Position numbers and translations under genes: made by a program. From NCBI GenBank assembly GCA_964016885.1, contig OZ024742.1, positions 4,774,001 through 4,838,000 of the forward strand: a stretch of DNA of 64,000 bases, given 5' to 3'. Position 1 is the first letter of the stretch. Each line of letters starts with the position of its first letter. Below the pieces are notes generated by a model. That model did not search any database. It worked only from the letters and a program-made list of their open reading frames with translations, and was not told the DNA's origin. The DNA comes from Eledone cirrhosa (lineage: Eukaryota). Positions 25,301 through 39,400 of the stretch are shown in pieces.

Positions 25301-28300
25301 CGTGCTATAGTGGCCTGATATCTCTGTAGTTAGACTACATATAGTAAAGTGCTATAGTGGTTTGATATCTCTGTAGTTAGACTACATATAGTAATGTGCT
25401 CTAGTGGTATGATATCTCTGTAGTTAGACTACATATAGTAATGTGCTATAGTGGTTTGATATCTCTGTAGTTAGACTACATATAGTAATGTGCTATAGTG
25501 GTATGATATCTCAGTAGTTAGACTACATATAGTAATGTGCTATAGTGGTTTGATATCTCTGTAGTTAGACTACATATAGTAATGTGCTAGAGTGGTTTGA
25601 TATCTCTGTAGTTAGACAACATATAGTAATGTGCTATAGTGGTCTGATATCTCTGTAGTTAGCCTACATATAATAATGTGCTAGAGTGGTTTGATATCTC
25701 TGTATTTAGAAAACATAAAGTAATGTGCTATAGTGGTTTGATATCTCTCTGGTTAGACTACATATCCTAATGTGCTATAGAGGTCTGATAACTCTGTAGT
25801 TAGACAACATATAGTAATGTGCTATAGTGGTCTGATATCTCTGTAGTTAGACAACATATAGTAACGTGCTATAGTGGCCTGATATCTCTGTAGTTAGACT
25901 ACATATAGTAATGTGCTATAGTGGTTTGATATCTCTGTAGTTAGACTACATATAGTAATGTGCTATATTCGTATGATATCCCTGTAGTTAGACTACATAG
26001 AGTAATGTGCTATAGTGGTTTGATATCTCTGTAGTTAGACTACATATAGTAATGTGCTATAGTGGTCTGATATCTCTGTAGTTAGACAACATATAGTAAT
26101 GTGCTATAGTGGTCTGATATCTCAGTAGTTAGACTACATATAGTAATGTGCTATAGTTGTTTGATATCTCTAGAGTTAGACTACATATATTAATGTGCTA
26201 TAGTGGTCTGATATCTCTGTAGTTAGACAACATATAGTAATGTGCTATAGTGGCCTTATATCTTTGTAGTTAGACAACATATAGTAATGTGCTATAGTTG
26301 TTTGATATCACTGTAGTTAGACTACATATAGTAATGTGCTATAGTGGTCTGATATCTCTGTAGTTAGACAACATATAGTAATGTGCTATAGTGGCCTGAT
26401 AACTCTGTAGTTAGACTACATATAGTAATGTGCTATAGTGGTATGATATCTCTGTAGTTAGACAACATATAGTAATGTGCTATAGTGGTTTGATATCTCT
26501 GTAGTTAGACAACATATAGTAATGTGCTATAGTGGCCTGATATCTCTGTAGTTATACTACATATAGTAATGTGCTATAGTGGTCTGATAGCTCTGTAGTT
26601 AGACAACATATAGTAATGTGCTATAGTGGTCTGATTTCTCTGTAGTTAGACAACATATAGCAATGTGGTATAGTGGCCTGATATCTCTGTAGTTAGACTA
26701 CATACAGTAATGTGCTATAGTGGTCTGATTTCTCTGTAGTTAGACAACATATAGTAATGTGCTATAGTGGCCTGATATGTCTGTAGTTAGACTACATATA
26801 GTAATGTGCTATAGTGGTCTGATATCTCTGTAGTTAGACAACATATAGTAATATGCTATAGTTGTTTGATATTTCTATAGTTAGACTACATATAGTAATG
26901 TGCTAGAGTGGTTTGATATCTCTGTAGTTAGACTACATATAGTAATGTGCTATAGTGGTTTGATATCTCTGTAGTTAGACTACATATAGTAATGTGCTAT
27001 AGTGGTATGATATCTCTGTAGTTAGACTACATATAGTAATGTGCTATAGTGGTTTGATATCTCTGTAGTTAGACTACATATATTAATGTGCTATAGATGT
27101 ATGATATCTCTGTAGTTAGACTACATGTAGTAATGTGCTATAGTGGTTTGATATCTCTGTAGTTAGACTACATGTTGTAATGTGCTAGAGTGGTTTGATA
27201 TCTCTCTAGTTAGACTACATATAGTAATGTGCTATAGTGGCCTGATATCTCTGTAGTTAGACTACATATAGTAATCTGCTATAGTGGTCTGATATCTCTG
27301 TAGTTAGACTACAGATAATAATGTGCTAGAGTGGTTTGATATCTCTGTAGTTAGACAACATATAGTAATGTGCTATAGTGGTATGATATCTCTGTAGTTA
27401 GACTACATATAGTAATGTGCTATAGTGGTTTGATATCTCTGTGGTTAGACTACATATCTTAATGTGCTATAGTGGTCTGATATCTCTGTAGTTAGACAAC
27501 ATATATTAATGTGCTATAGTGGTCTGATATCTCTGTAGTTAGACAACATATAGTAACGTGCTATAGTGGCCTGATATCTCTGTAGTTAGACTACATATAG
27601 TAACGTGCTATAGTGGTTTGATATCTCTGTAGTTAGACTACATATAGTAATGTGCTCTAGTGGTATGATATCTCTGTAGTTAGACTACATATAGTAATGT
27701 GCTATAGTGGTTTGATATCTCTGTAGTTAGACTACATATAGTAATGTGCTATAGTGGTATGATATCTCAGTAGTTAGACAACATATAGTAATGTGCTATA
27801 GTTGTTTGATATCACTGTAGTTAGACTACATATAGTAATGTGCTATAGTGGTCTGATATCTCTGTAGTTAGACAACATATAGTAATGTGCTATAGTGGCC
27901 TGATAACTCTGTAGTTAGACTACATATAGTAATGTGCTATAGTGGTATGATATCTCTGTAGTTAGACAACATATAGTAATGTGCTATAGTGGTTTGATAT
28001 CTCTGTAGTTAGACAACATATAGTAATGTGCTATAGTGGCCTGATATCTCTGTAGTTATACTACATATAGTAATGTGCTATAGTGGTCTGATAGCTCTGT
28101 AGTTAGACAACATATAGTAATGTGCTATAGTGGTCTGATTTCTCTGTAGTTAGACAACATATAGCAATGTGGTATAGTGGCCTGATATCTCTGTAGTTAG
28201 ACTACATACAGTAATGTGCTATAGTGGTCTGATTTCTCTGTAGTTAGACAACATATAGTAATGTGCTATAGTGGCCTGATATGTCTGTAGTTAGACTACA

Positions 28301-29280
28301 TATAGTAATGTGCTATAGTGGTCTGATATCTCTGTAGTTAGACAACATATAGTAATATGCTATAGTTGTTTGATATTTCTATAGTTAGACTACATATAGT
28401 AATGTGCTAGAGTGGTTTGATATCTCTGTAGTTAGACTACATATAGTAATGTGCTATAGTGGTTTGATATCTCTGTAGTTAGACTACATATAGTAATGTG
28501 CTATAGTGGTATGATATCTCTGTAGTTAGACTACATATAGTAATGTGCTATAGTGGTTTGATATCTCTGTAGTTAGACTACATATATTAATGTGCTATAG
28601 ATGTATGATATCTCTGTAGTTAGACTACATGTAGTAATGTGCTATAGTGGTTTGATATCTCTGTAGTTAGACTACATGTTGTAATGTGCTAGAGTGGTTT
28701 GATATCTCTCTAGTTAGACTACATATAGTAATGTGCTATAGTGGCCTGATATCTCTGTAGTTAGACTACATATAGTAATCTGCTATAGTGGTCTGTTATC
28801 TCTGTAGTTAGACTACAGATAATAATGTGCTAGAGTGGTTTGATATCTCTGTAGTTAGACAACATATAGTAATGTGCTATAGTGGTATGATATCTCTGTA
28901 GTTAGACTACATATAGTAATGTGCTATAGTGGTTTGATATCTCTGTGGTTAGACTACATATCTTAATGTGCTATAGTGGTCTGATATCTCTGTAGTTAGA
29001 CAACATATAGTAATGTGCTATAGTGGTCTGATATCTCTGTAGTTAGACAACATATAGTAACGTGCTATAGTGGCCTGATATCTCTGTAGTTAGACTACAT
29101 ATAGTAACGTGCTATAGTGGTTTGATATCTCTGTAGTTAGACTACATATAGTAATGTGCTCTAGTGGTATGATATCTCTGTAGTTAGACTACATATAGTA
29201 ATGTGCTATAGTGGTTTGATATCTCTGTAGTTAGACTACATATAGTAATGTGCTATAGTGGTATGATATCTCAGTAGTTA
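22350..29280. repeat. 48-monomer (2256 bp) higher-order repeats followed by a 32-monomer (1504 bp) tandem duplication
   Basis: AGATAATAATG at 22801, 25057 and 27313 (+2256 each), then at 28817 (+1504). The private variant GATGTATG at 27096/28600 is also +1504. Confidence 0.88.
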
Positions 29281-29849
29281 GACTACATATAGTAATGTGC
29301 TATAGTGGTTTGATATCTCTGTAGTTAGACTACATATAGTAATGTGCTAGAGTGGTTTGATATCTCTGTAGTTAGACAACATATAGTAATGTGCTATAGT
29401 GGTCTGATATCTCTGTAGTTAGCCTACATATAATAATGTGCTAGAGTGGTTTGATATCTCTGTATTTAGAAAACATAAAGTAATGAGCTATAGTGGTTTG
29501 ATATCTCTCTGGTTAGACTACATATCCTAATGTGCTATAGTGGTCTGATATCTCTGTAGTTAGACAACATATAGCAATGTGGTATAGTGGCCTGATATCT
29601 CTGTAGTTAGACTACATACAGTAATGTGCTATAGTGGTCTGATTTCTCTGTAGTTAGACAACATATAGTAATGTGCTATAGTGGCCTGATATGTCTGTAG
29701 TTAGACTACATATAGTAATGTGCTATAGTGGTCTGATATCTCTGTAGTTAGACAACATATAGTAATGTGCTATAGTGGTTTGATATCTCTGTAGTTAGAC
29801 AACATATAGTAATGTGCTATAGTGGCCTGATATCTCTGTAGTTAGACTA

Positions 29850-32800
29850 CATATAGTAATGTGCTATAGTGGTCTGATATCTCTGTAGTTAGACAACATA
29901 TAGTAATGTGCTATAGTTGTTTGATATTTCTATAGTTAGACTACATATAGTAATGTGCTATAGTGGTTTGATATCTCTGTAGTTAGACTACATATAGTAA
30001 TGTGCTATAGTGGTTTGATATCTCTGTAGTTAGACTACATATAGTAATGTGCTAGAGTGGTTTGATATCTCTGTAGTTAGACAACATATAGTAATGTGCT
30101 ATAGTGGTCTGATATCTCTGTAGTTAGCCTACATATAATAATGTGCTAGAGTTGTTTGATATCTCTGTATTTAGAAAACATAAAGTAATGTGCTATAGTG
30201 GTTTGATATCTCTCTGGTTAGACTACATATCCTAATGTGCTATAGTGGTCTGATATCTCTGTAGTTAGACTACATATAGTAATGTGCTATAGTCGTATGA
30301 TATCCCTGTAGTTAGACTACATAGAGTAATGTGCTATAGTGGTTTGATATCTCTGTAGTTAGACTACATATAGTAATGTGCTATAGTGGTTTGATATCTC
30401 TGTAGTTAGACTACATATAGTAATGTGCTATAGTCGTATGATATCCCTGTAGTTAGACTACATAGAGTAATGTGCTATAGTGGTTTGATATCTCTGTAGT
30501 TAGACTACATATAGTAATGTGCTATAGTGGTCTGATATCTCTGTAGTTAGACAACATATAGTAATGTGCTATAGTGGCCTTATATCTCTGTAGTTAGACA
30601 ACATATAGTAATGTGCTATAGTTGTTTGATATCACTGTAGTTAGACTACATATAGTAATGTGCTATAGTGGTCTGATATCTCTGTAGTTAGACAACATAT
30701 AGTAATGTGCTATAGTGGTATGATATCTCTGTAGTTAGACAACATATAGTAATGTGCTATAGTGGTTTGATATCTCTGTAGTTAGACAACATATAGTAAT
30801 GTGCTATAGTGGCCTGATATCTCTGTAGTTAGACTACATATAGTAATGTGCTATAGTGGTCTGATAGCTCTGTAGTTAGACAACATATAGTAATGTGCTA
30901 TAGTGGTCTGATTTCTCTGTAGTTAGACAACATATAGCAATGTGGTATAGTGGCCTGATATCTCTGTAGTTAGACTACATACAGTAATGTGCTATAGTGG
31001 TCTGATTTCTCTGTAGTTAGACAACATATAGTAATGTGCTATAGTGGCCTGATATGTCTGTAGTTAGACTACATATAGTAATGTGCTATAGTGGGCTGAT
31101 ATCTCTGTAGTTAGACAACATATAGTAATATGCTATAGTTGTTTGATATTTCTATAGTTAGACTACATATAGTAATGTGCTATAGTGGTTTGATATCTCT
31201 GTAGTTAGACTACATATAGTAATGTGCTATAGTGGTTTGATATCTCTGTAGTTAGACTACATATAGTAATGTGCTATAGTGGTATGATATCTCTGTAGTT
31301 AGACTACATGTAGTAATGTGCTATAGTGGTTTGATATCTCTGTAGTTAGACTACATGTTGTAATGTGCTAGAGTGGTTTGATATCTCTCTAGTTAGACTA
31401 CATATAGTAATGTGCTATAGTGGCCTGATATCTCTGTAGTTAGACTACATATAGTAATCTGCTATAGTGGTATGATATCTCTGTAGTTAGACTACAGATA
31501 ATAATGTGCTAGAGTGGTTTGATATCTCTGTAGTTAGACAACATATAGTAATGTGCTATAGTGGTATGATATCTCTGTAGTTAGACTACATATAGTAATG
31601 TGCTATAGTGGTTTGATATCTCTGTGGTTAGACTACATATCCTAATGTGCTATAGTGGTCGGATATCTCTGTAGTTAGACAACATATAGTAATGTGCTAT
31701 AGTGGTCTGATATCTCTGTAGTTAGACAACATATAGTAACGTGCTATAGTGGCCTGATATCTCTGTAGTTAGACTACATATAGTAACGTGCTATAGTGGT
31801 TTGATATCTCTGTAGTTAGACTACATATAGTAATGTGCTATAGTGGTCTGATATCTCTGTAGTTAGACAACATATAGTAATGTGCTATAGTTGTTTGATA
31901 TTTCTATAGTTAGACTACATATAGTAATGTGCTATAGTGGTTTGATATCTCTGTAGTTAGACTACATATAGTAATGTGCTATAGTGGTTTGATATCTCTG
32001 TAGTTAGACTACATATAGTAATGTGCTAGAGTGGTTTGATATCTCTGTAGTTAGACAACATATAGTAATGTGCTATAGTGGTCTGATATCTCTGTAGTTA
32101 GCCTACATATAATAATGTGCTAGAGTTGTTTGATATCTCTGTATTTAGAAAACATAAAGTAATGTGCTATAGTGGTTTGATATCTCTCTGGTTAGACTAC
32201 ATATCCTAATGTGCTATAGTGGTCTGATATCTCTGTAGTTAGACAACATATAGTAATGTGCTATATTGGTCTGATATCTCTGTAGTTAGACAACATATAG
32301 TAACGTGCTATAGTGGCCTGATATCTCTGTAGTTAGACTACATATAGTAATGTGCTATAGTGGTTTGATATCTCTGTAGTTAGACTACATATAGTAATGT
32401 GCTATAGTCGTATGATATCCCTGTAGTTAGACTACATAGAGTAATGTGCTATAGTGGTTTGATATCTCTGTAGTTAGACTACATATAGTAATGTGCTATA
32501 GTGGTCTGATATCTCTGTAGTTAGACAACATATAGTAATGTGCTATAGTGGTCTGATATCTCAGTAGTTAGACTACATATTGTAATGTGCTATAGTTGTT
32601 TGATATCTCTAGAGTTAGACTACATATAGTAATGTGCTATAGTGGTCTGATATCTCTGTAGTTAGACAACATATAGTAATGTGCTATAGTGGCCTTATAT
32701 CTTTGTAGTTAGACAACATATAGTAATGTGCTATAGTTGTTTGATATCACTGTAGTTAGACTACATATAGTAATGTGCTATAGTGGTCTGATATCTCTGT

Positions 32801-35800
32801 AGTTAGACAACATATAGTAATGTGCTATAGTGGCCTTATATCTCTGTAGTTAGACAACATATAGTAATGTGCTATAGTTGTTTGATATCACTGTAGTTAG
32901 ACTACATATAGTAATGTGCTATAGTGGTCTGATATCTCTGTAGTTAGACAACATATAGTAATGTGCTATAGTGGTATGATATCTCTGTAGTTAGACAACA
33001 TATAGTAATGTGCTATAGTGGTTTGATATCTCTGTAGTTAGACAACATATAGTAATGTGCTATAGTGGCCTGATATCTCTGTAGTTAGACTACATATAGT
33101 AAAGTGCTATAGTGGTCTGATAGCTCTGTAGTTAGACAACATATAGTAATGTGCTATAGTGGTCTGATTTCTCTGTAGTTAGACAACATATAGCAATGTG
33201 GTATAGTGGCCTGATATCTCTGTAGTTAGACTACATACAGTAATGTGCTATAGTGGTCTGATTTCTCTGTAGTTAGACAACATATAGTAATGTGCTATAG
33301 TGGCCTGATATGTCTGTAGTTAGACTACATATAGTAATGTGCTATAGTGGTCTGATATCTCTGTAGTTAGACAACATATAGTAATATGCTATAGTTGTTT
33401 GATATTTCTATAGTTAGACTACATATAGTAATGTGCTATAGTGGTTTGATATCTCTGTAGTTAGACTACATATAGTAATGTGCTATAGTGGTTTGATATC
33501 TCTGTAGTTAGACTACATATAGTAATGTGCTATAGTGGTATGATATCTCTGTAGTTAGACTACATGTAGTAATGTGCTATAGTGGTTTGATATCTCTGTA
33601 GTTAGACTACATGTTGTAATGTGCTAGAGTGGTTTGATATCTCTCTAGTTAGACTACATATAGTAATGTGCTATAGTGGCCTGATATCTCTGTAGTTAGA
33701 CTACATATAGTAATCTGCTATAGTGGTATGATATCTCTGTAGTTAGACTACAGATAATAATGTGCTAGAGTGGTTTGATATCTCTGTAGTTAGACAACAT
33801 ATAGTAATGTGCTATAGTGGTATGATATCTCTGTAGTTAGACTACATATAGTAATGTGCTATAGTGGTTTGATATCTCTGTGGTTAGACTACATATCCTA
33901 ATGTGCTATAGTGGTCGGATATCTCTGTAGTTAGACAACATATAGTAATGTGCTATAGTGGTCTGATATCTCTGTAGTTAGACAACATATAGTAACGTGC
34001 TATAGTGGCCTGATATCTCTGTAGTTAGACTACATATAGTAACGTGCTATAGTGGTTTGATATCTCTGTAGTTAGACTACATATAGTAATGTGCTCTAGT
34101 GGTATGATATCTCTGTAGTTAGACTACATATAGTAATGTGCTATAGTGGTTTGATATCTCTATAGTTAGACTACATATAGTAATGTGCTATAGTGGTTTG
34201 ATATCTCTGTAGTTAGACTACATATAGTAATGTGCTATAGTGGTTTGATATCTCTGTAGTTAGACTACATATAGTAATGTGCTAGAGTGGTTTGATATCT
34301 CTGTAGTTAGACAACATATAGTAATGTGCTATAGTGGTCTGATATCTCTGTAGTTAGCCTACATATAATAATGTGCTAGAGTTGTTTGATATCTCTGTAT
34401 TTAGAAAACATAAAGTAATGTGCTATAGTGGTTTGATATCTCTCTGGTTAGACTACATATCCTAATGTGCTATAGTGGTCTGATATCTCTGTAGTTAGAC
34501 AACATATAGTAATGTGCTATATTGGTCTGATATCTCTGTAGTTAGACAACATATAGTAACGTGCTATAGTGGCCTGATATCTCTGTAGTTAGACTACATA
34601 TAGTAATGTGCTATAGTGGTTTGATATCTCTGTAGTTAGACTACATATAGTAATGTGCTATAGTCGTATGATATCCCTGTAGTTAGACTACATAGAGTAA
34701 TGTGCTATAGTGGTTTGATATCTCTGTAGTTAGACTACATATAGTAATGTGCTATAGTGGTCTGATATCTCTGTAGTTAGACAACATATAGTAATGTGCT
34801 ATAGTGGTCTGATATCTCAGTAGTTAGACTACATATTGTAATGTGCTATAGTTGTTTGATATCTCTAGAGTTAGACTACATATAGTAATGTGCTATAGTG
34901 GTCTGATATCTCTGTAGTTAGACAACATATAGTAATGTGCTATAGTGGCCTTATATCTTTGTAGTTAGACAACATATAGTAATGTGCTATAGTTGTTTGA
35001 TATCACTGTAGTTAGACTACATATAGTAATGTGCTATAGTGGTCTGATATCTCTGTAGTTAGACAACATATAGTAATGTGCTATAGTGGCCTTATATCTC
35101 TGTAGTTAGACAACATATAGTAATGTGCTATAGTTGTTTGATATCACTGTAGTTAGACTACATATAGTAATGTGCTATAGTGGTCTGATATCTCTGTAGT
35201 TAGACAACATATAGTAATGTGCTATAGTGGTATGATATCTCTGTAGTTAGACAACATATAGTAATGTGCTATAGTGGTTTGATATCTCTGTAGTTAGACA
35301 ACATATAGTAATGTGCTATAGTGGCCTGATATCTCTGTAGTTAGACTACATATAGTAAAGTGCTATAGTGGTCTGATAGCTCTGTAGTTAGACAACATAT
35401 AGTAATGTGCTATAGTGGTCTGATTTCTCTGTAGTTAGACAACATATAGCAATGTGGTATAGTGGCCTGATATCTCTGTAGTTAGACTACATACAGTAAT
35501 GTGCTATAGTGGTCTGATTTCTCTGTAGTTAGACAACATATAGTAATGTGCTATAGTGGCCTGATATGTCTGTAGTTAGACTACATATAGTAATGTGCTA
35601 TAGTGGTCTGATATCTCTGTAGTTAGACAACATATAGTAATATGCTATAGTTGTTTGATATTTCTATAGTTAGACTACATATAGTAATGTGGTATAGTGG
35701 TTTGATATCTCTGTAGTTAGACTACATATAGTAATGTGCTATAGTGGTTTGATATCTCTGTAGTTAGACTACATATAGTAATGTGCTATAGTGGTATGAT

Positions 35801-36420
35801 ATCTCTGTAGTTAGACTACATGTAGTAATGTGCTATAGTGGTTTGATATCTCTGTAGTTAGACTACATGTTGTAATGTTCTAGAGTGGTTTGATATCTCT
35901 CTAGTTAGACTACATATAGTAATGTGCTATAGTGGCCTGATATCTCTGTAGTTAGACTACATATAGTAATCTGCTATAGTGGTATGATATCTCTGTAGTT
36001 AGACTACAGATAATAATGTGCTAGAGTGGTTTGATATCTCTGTAGTTAGACAACATATAGTAATGTGCTATAGTGGTATGATATCTCTGTAGTTAGACTA
36101 CATATAGTAATGTGCTATAGTGGTTTGATATCTCTGTGGTTAGACTACATATCCTAATGTGCTATAGTGGTCGGATATCTCTGTAGTTAGACAACATATA
36201 GTAATGTGCTATAGTGGTCTGATATCTCTGTAGTTAGACAACATATAGTAACGTGCTATAGTGGCCTGATATCTCTGTAGTTAGACTACATATAGTAACG
36301 TGCTATAGTGGTTTGATATCTCTGTAGTTAGACTACATATAGTAATGTGCTCTAGTGGTATGATATCTCTGTAGTTAGACTACATATAGTAATGTGCTAT
36401 AGTGGTTTGATATCTCTGTA
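29850..36420. repeat. 48-monomer (2256 bp) higher-order repeat, about 3 copies
   Basis: GGTCGGATATC marker at 31661, 33917 and 36173, and AGATAATAATG at 31496, 33752 and 36008, are all exactly 2256 (48x47) apart. Confidence 0.88.
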
Positions 36421-39400
36421 GTTAGACTACATATAGTAATGTGCTATAGTGGTATGATATCTCAGTAGTTAGACTACATATAGTAATGTGCTATAGTGGT
36501 TTGATATCTCTGTAGTTAGACTACATATAGTAATGTGCTAGAGTGGTTTGATATCTCTGTAGTTAGACAACATATAGTAATGTGCTATAGTGGTCTGATA
36601 TCTCTGTAGTTAGCCTACATATAATAATGTGCTAGAGTGGTTTGATATCTCTGTATTTAGAAAACATAAAGTAATGTGCTATAGTGGTTTGATATCTCTC
36701 TGGTTAGACTACATATCCTAATGTGCTATAGTGGTCTGATATCTCTGTAGTTAGACAACATATAGCAATGTGGTATAGTGGCCTGATATCTCTGTAGTTA
36801 GACTACATACAGTAATGTGCTATAGTGGTCTGATTTCTCTGTAGTTAGACAACATATAGTAATGTGCTATAGTGGCCTGATATGTCTGTAGTTAGACTAC
36901 ATATAGTAATGTGCTATAGTGGTCTGATATCTCTGTAGTTAGACAACATATAGTAATGTGCTATAGTGGTTTGATATCTCTGTAGTTAGACAACATATAG
37001 TAATGTGCTATAGTGGCCTGATATCTCTGTAGTTAGACTACATATAGTAATGTGCTATAGTGGTCTGATATCTCTGTAGTTAGACAACATATAGTAATGT
37101 GCTATAGTTGTTTGATATTTCCATAGTTAGACTACATATAGTAATGTGCTATAGTGGTTTGATATCTCTGTAGTTAGACTACATATAGTAATGTGCTATA
37201 GTGGTTTGATATCTCTGTAGTTAGACTACATATAGTAATGTGCTATAGTGGTATGATATCTCTGTAGTTAGACTACATATAGTAATGTGCTATAGTGGTT
37301 TGATATCTCTGTAGTTAGACTACATATAGTAATGTGCTATAGTGGTATGATATCTCTGTAGTTAGACTACATGTAGTAATGTGCTATAGTGGTCTGATAT
37401 CTCTGTAGTTAGACAACATATAGTAATGTGCTATAGTGGTCTGATATCTCTGTAGTTAGACAACATATAGTAACGTGCTATAGTGGCCTGATATCACTGT
37501 AGTTAGACTACATATAGTAACGTGCTATAGTGGTTTGATATCTCTGTAGTTAGAGTACATATAGTAATGTGCTCTAGTGGTATGATATCTCTGTAGTTAG
37601 ACTACATATAGTAATGTGCTATAGTGGTTTGATATCTCTGTAGTTAGACTACATATAGTAATGTGCTATAGTGGTATGATATCTCAGTAGTTAGACTACA
37701 TATAGTAATGTGCTATAGTGGTTTGATATCTCTGTAGTTAGACTACATATAGTAATGTGCTAGAGTGGTTTGATATCTCTGTAGTTAGACAACATATAGT
37801 AATGTGCTATAGTGGTCTGATATCTCTGTAGTTAGCCTACATATAATAATGTGCTAGAGTGGTTTGATATCTCTGTATTTAGAAAACATAAAGTAATGTG
37901 CTATAGTGGTTTGATATCTCTCTGGTTAGACTACATATCCTAATGTGCTATAGTGGTCTGATATCTCTGTAGTTAGACAACATATAGTAATGTGCTATAG
38001 TGGTCTGATATCTCTGTAGTTAGACAACATATAGTAACGTGCTATAGTGGCCTGATATCTCTGTAGTTAGACTACATATAGTAATGTGCTATAGTGGTTT
38101 GATATCTCTGTAGTTAGACTATATATAGTAATGTGCTATAGTCGTATGATATCTCTGTAGTTAGACAACATATAGTAATGTTCTATAGTGGCCTGATATC
38201 TCTGTAGTTAGACTACATATAGTAATGTGCTATAGTGGTCTGACTTCTCTGAAGTTAGACTACATATAGTAATGTGCTATAGTGGTTTGATATCTCTGTA
38301 GTTAGACTACATAGAGTAATGTGCTATAGTGGTTTGATATCTCTGTAGTTAGACTACATATAGTAATGTGCTATAGTGGTTTGATATCTCTGTAGTTAGA
38401 CTACATATAGTAATGTGCTATAGTGGTCTGATATCTCTGTAGTTAGACAACATATAGTAATGTGCTATAGTGGTCTGATATCTCAGTAGTTAGACTACAT
38501 ATTGTAATGTGCTATAGTTGTTTGATATCTCTAGAGTTAGACTACATATAGTAATGTGCTATAGTGGTCTGATATCTCTGTAGTTAGACAACATATAGTA
38601 ATGTGCTATAGTGGCCTTATATCTTTGTAGTTAGACAACATATAGTAATGTGCTATAGTTGTTTGATATCACTGTAGTTAGACTACATATAGTAATGTGC
38701 TATAGTGGTCTGATATCTCTGTAGTTAGACAACATATAGTAATGTGCTATAGTGGCCTTATATCTCTGTAGTTAGACAACATATAGTAATGTGCTATAGT
38801 TGTTTGATATCACTGTAGTTAGACTACATATAGTAATGTGCTATAGTGGTCTGATATCTCTGTAGTTAGACAACATATAGTAATGTGCTATAGTGGTATG
38901 ATATCTCTGTAGTTAGACAACATATAGTAATGTGCTATAGTGGTTTGATATCTCTGTAGTTAGACAACATATAGTAATGTGCTATAGTGGCCTGATATCT
39001 CTGTAGTTAGACTACATATAGTAAAGTGCTATAGTGGTCTGATAGCTCTGTAGTTAGACAACATATAGTAATGTGCTATAGTGGTCTGATTTCTCTGTAG
39101 TTAGACAACATATAGCAATGTGGTATAGTGGCCTGATATCTCTGTAGTTAGACTACATACAGTAATGTGCTATAGTGGTCTGATTTCTCTGTAGTTAGAC
39201 AACATATAGTAATGTGCTATAGTGGCCTGATATGTCTGTAGTTAGACTACATATAGTAATGTGCTATAGTGGTCTGATATCTCTGTAGTTAGACAACATA
39301 TAGTAATATGCTATAGTTGTTTGATATTTCTATAGTTAGACTACATATAGTAATGTGCTATAGTGGTTTGATATCTCTGTAGTTAGACTACATATAGTAA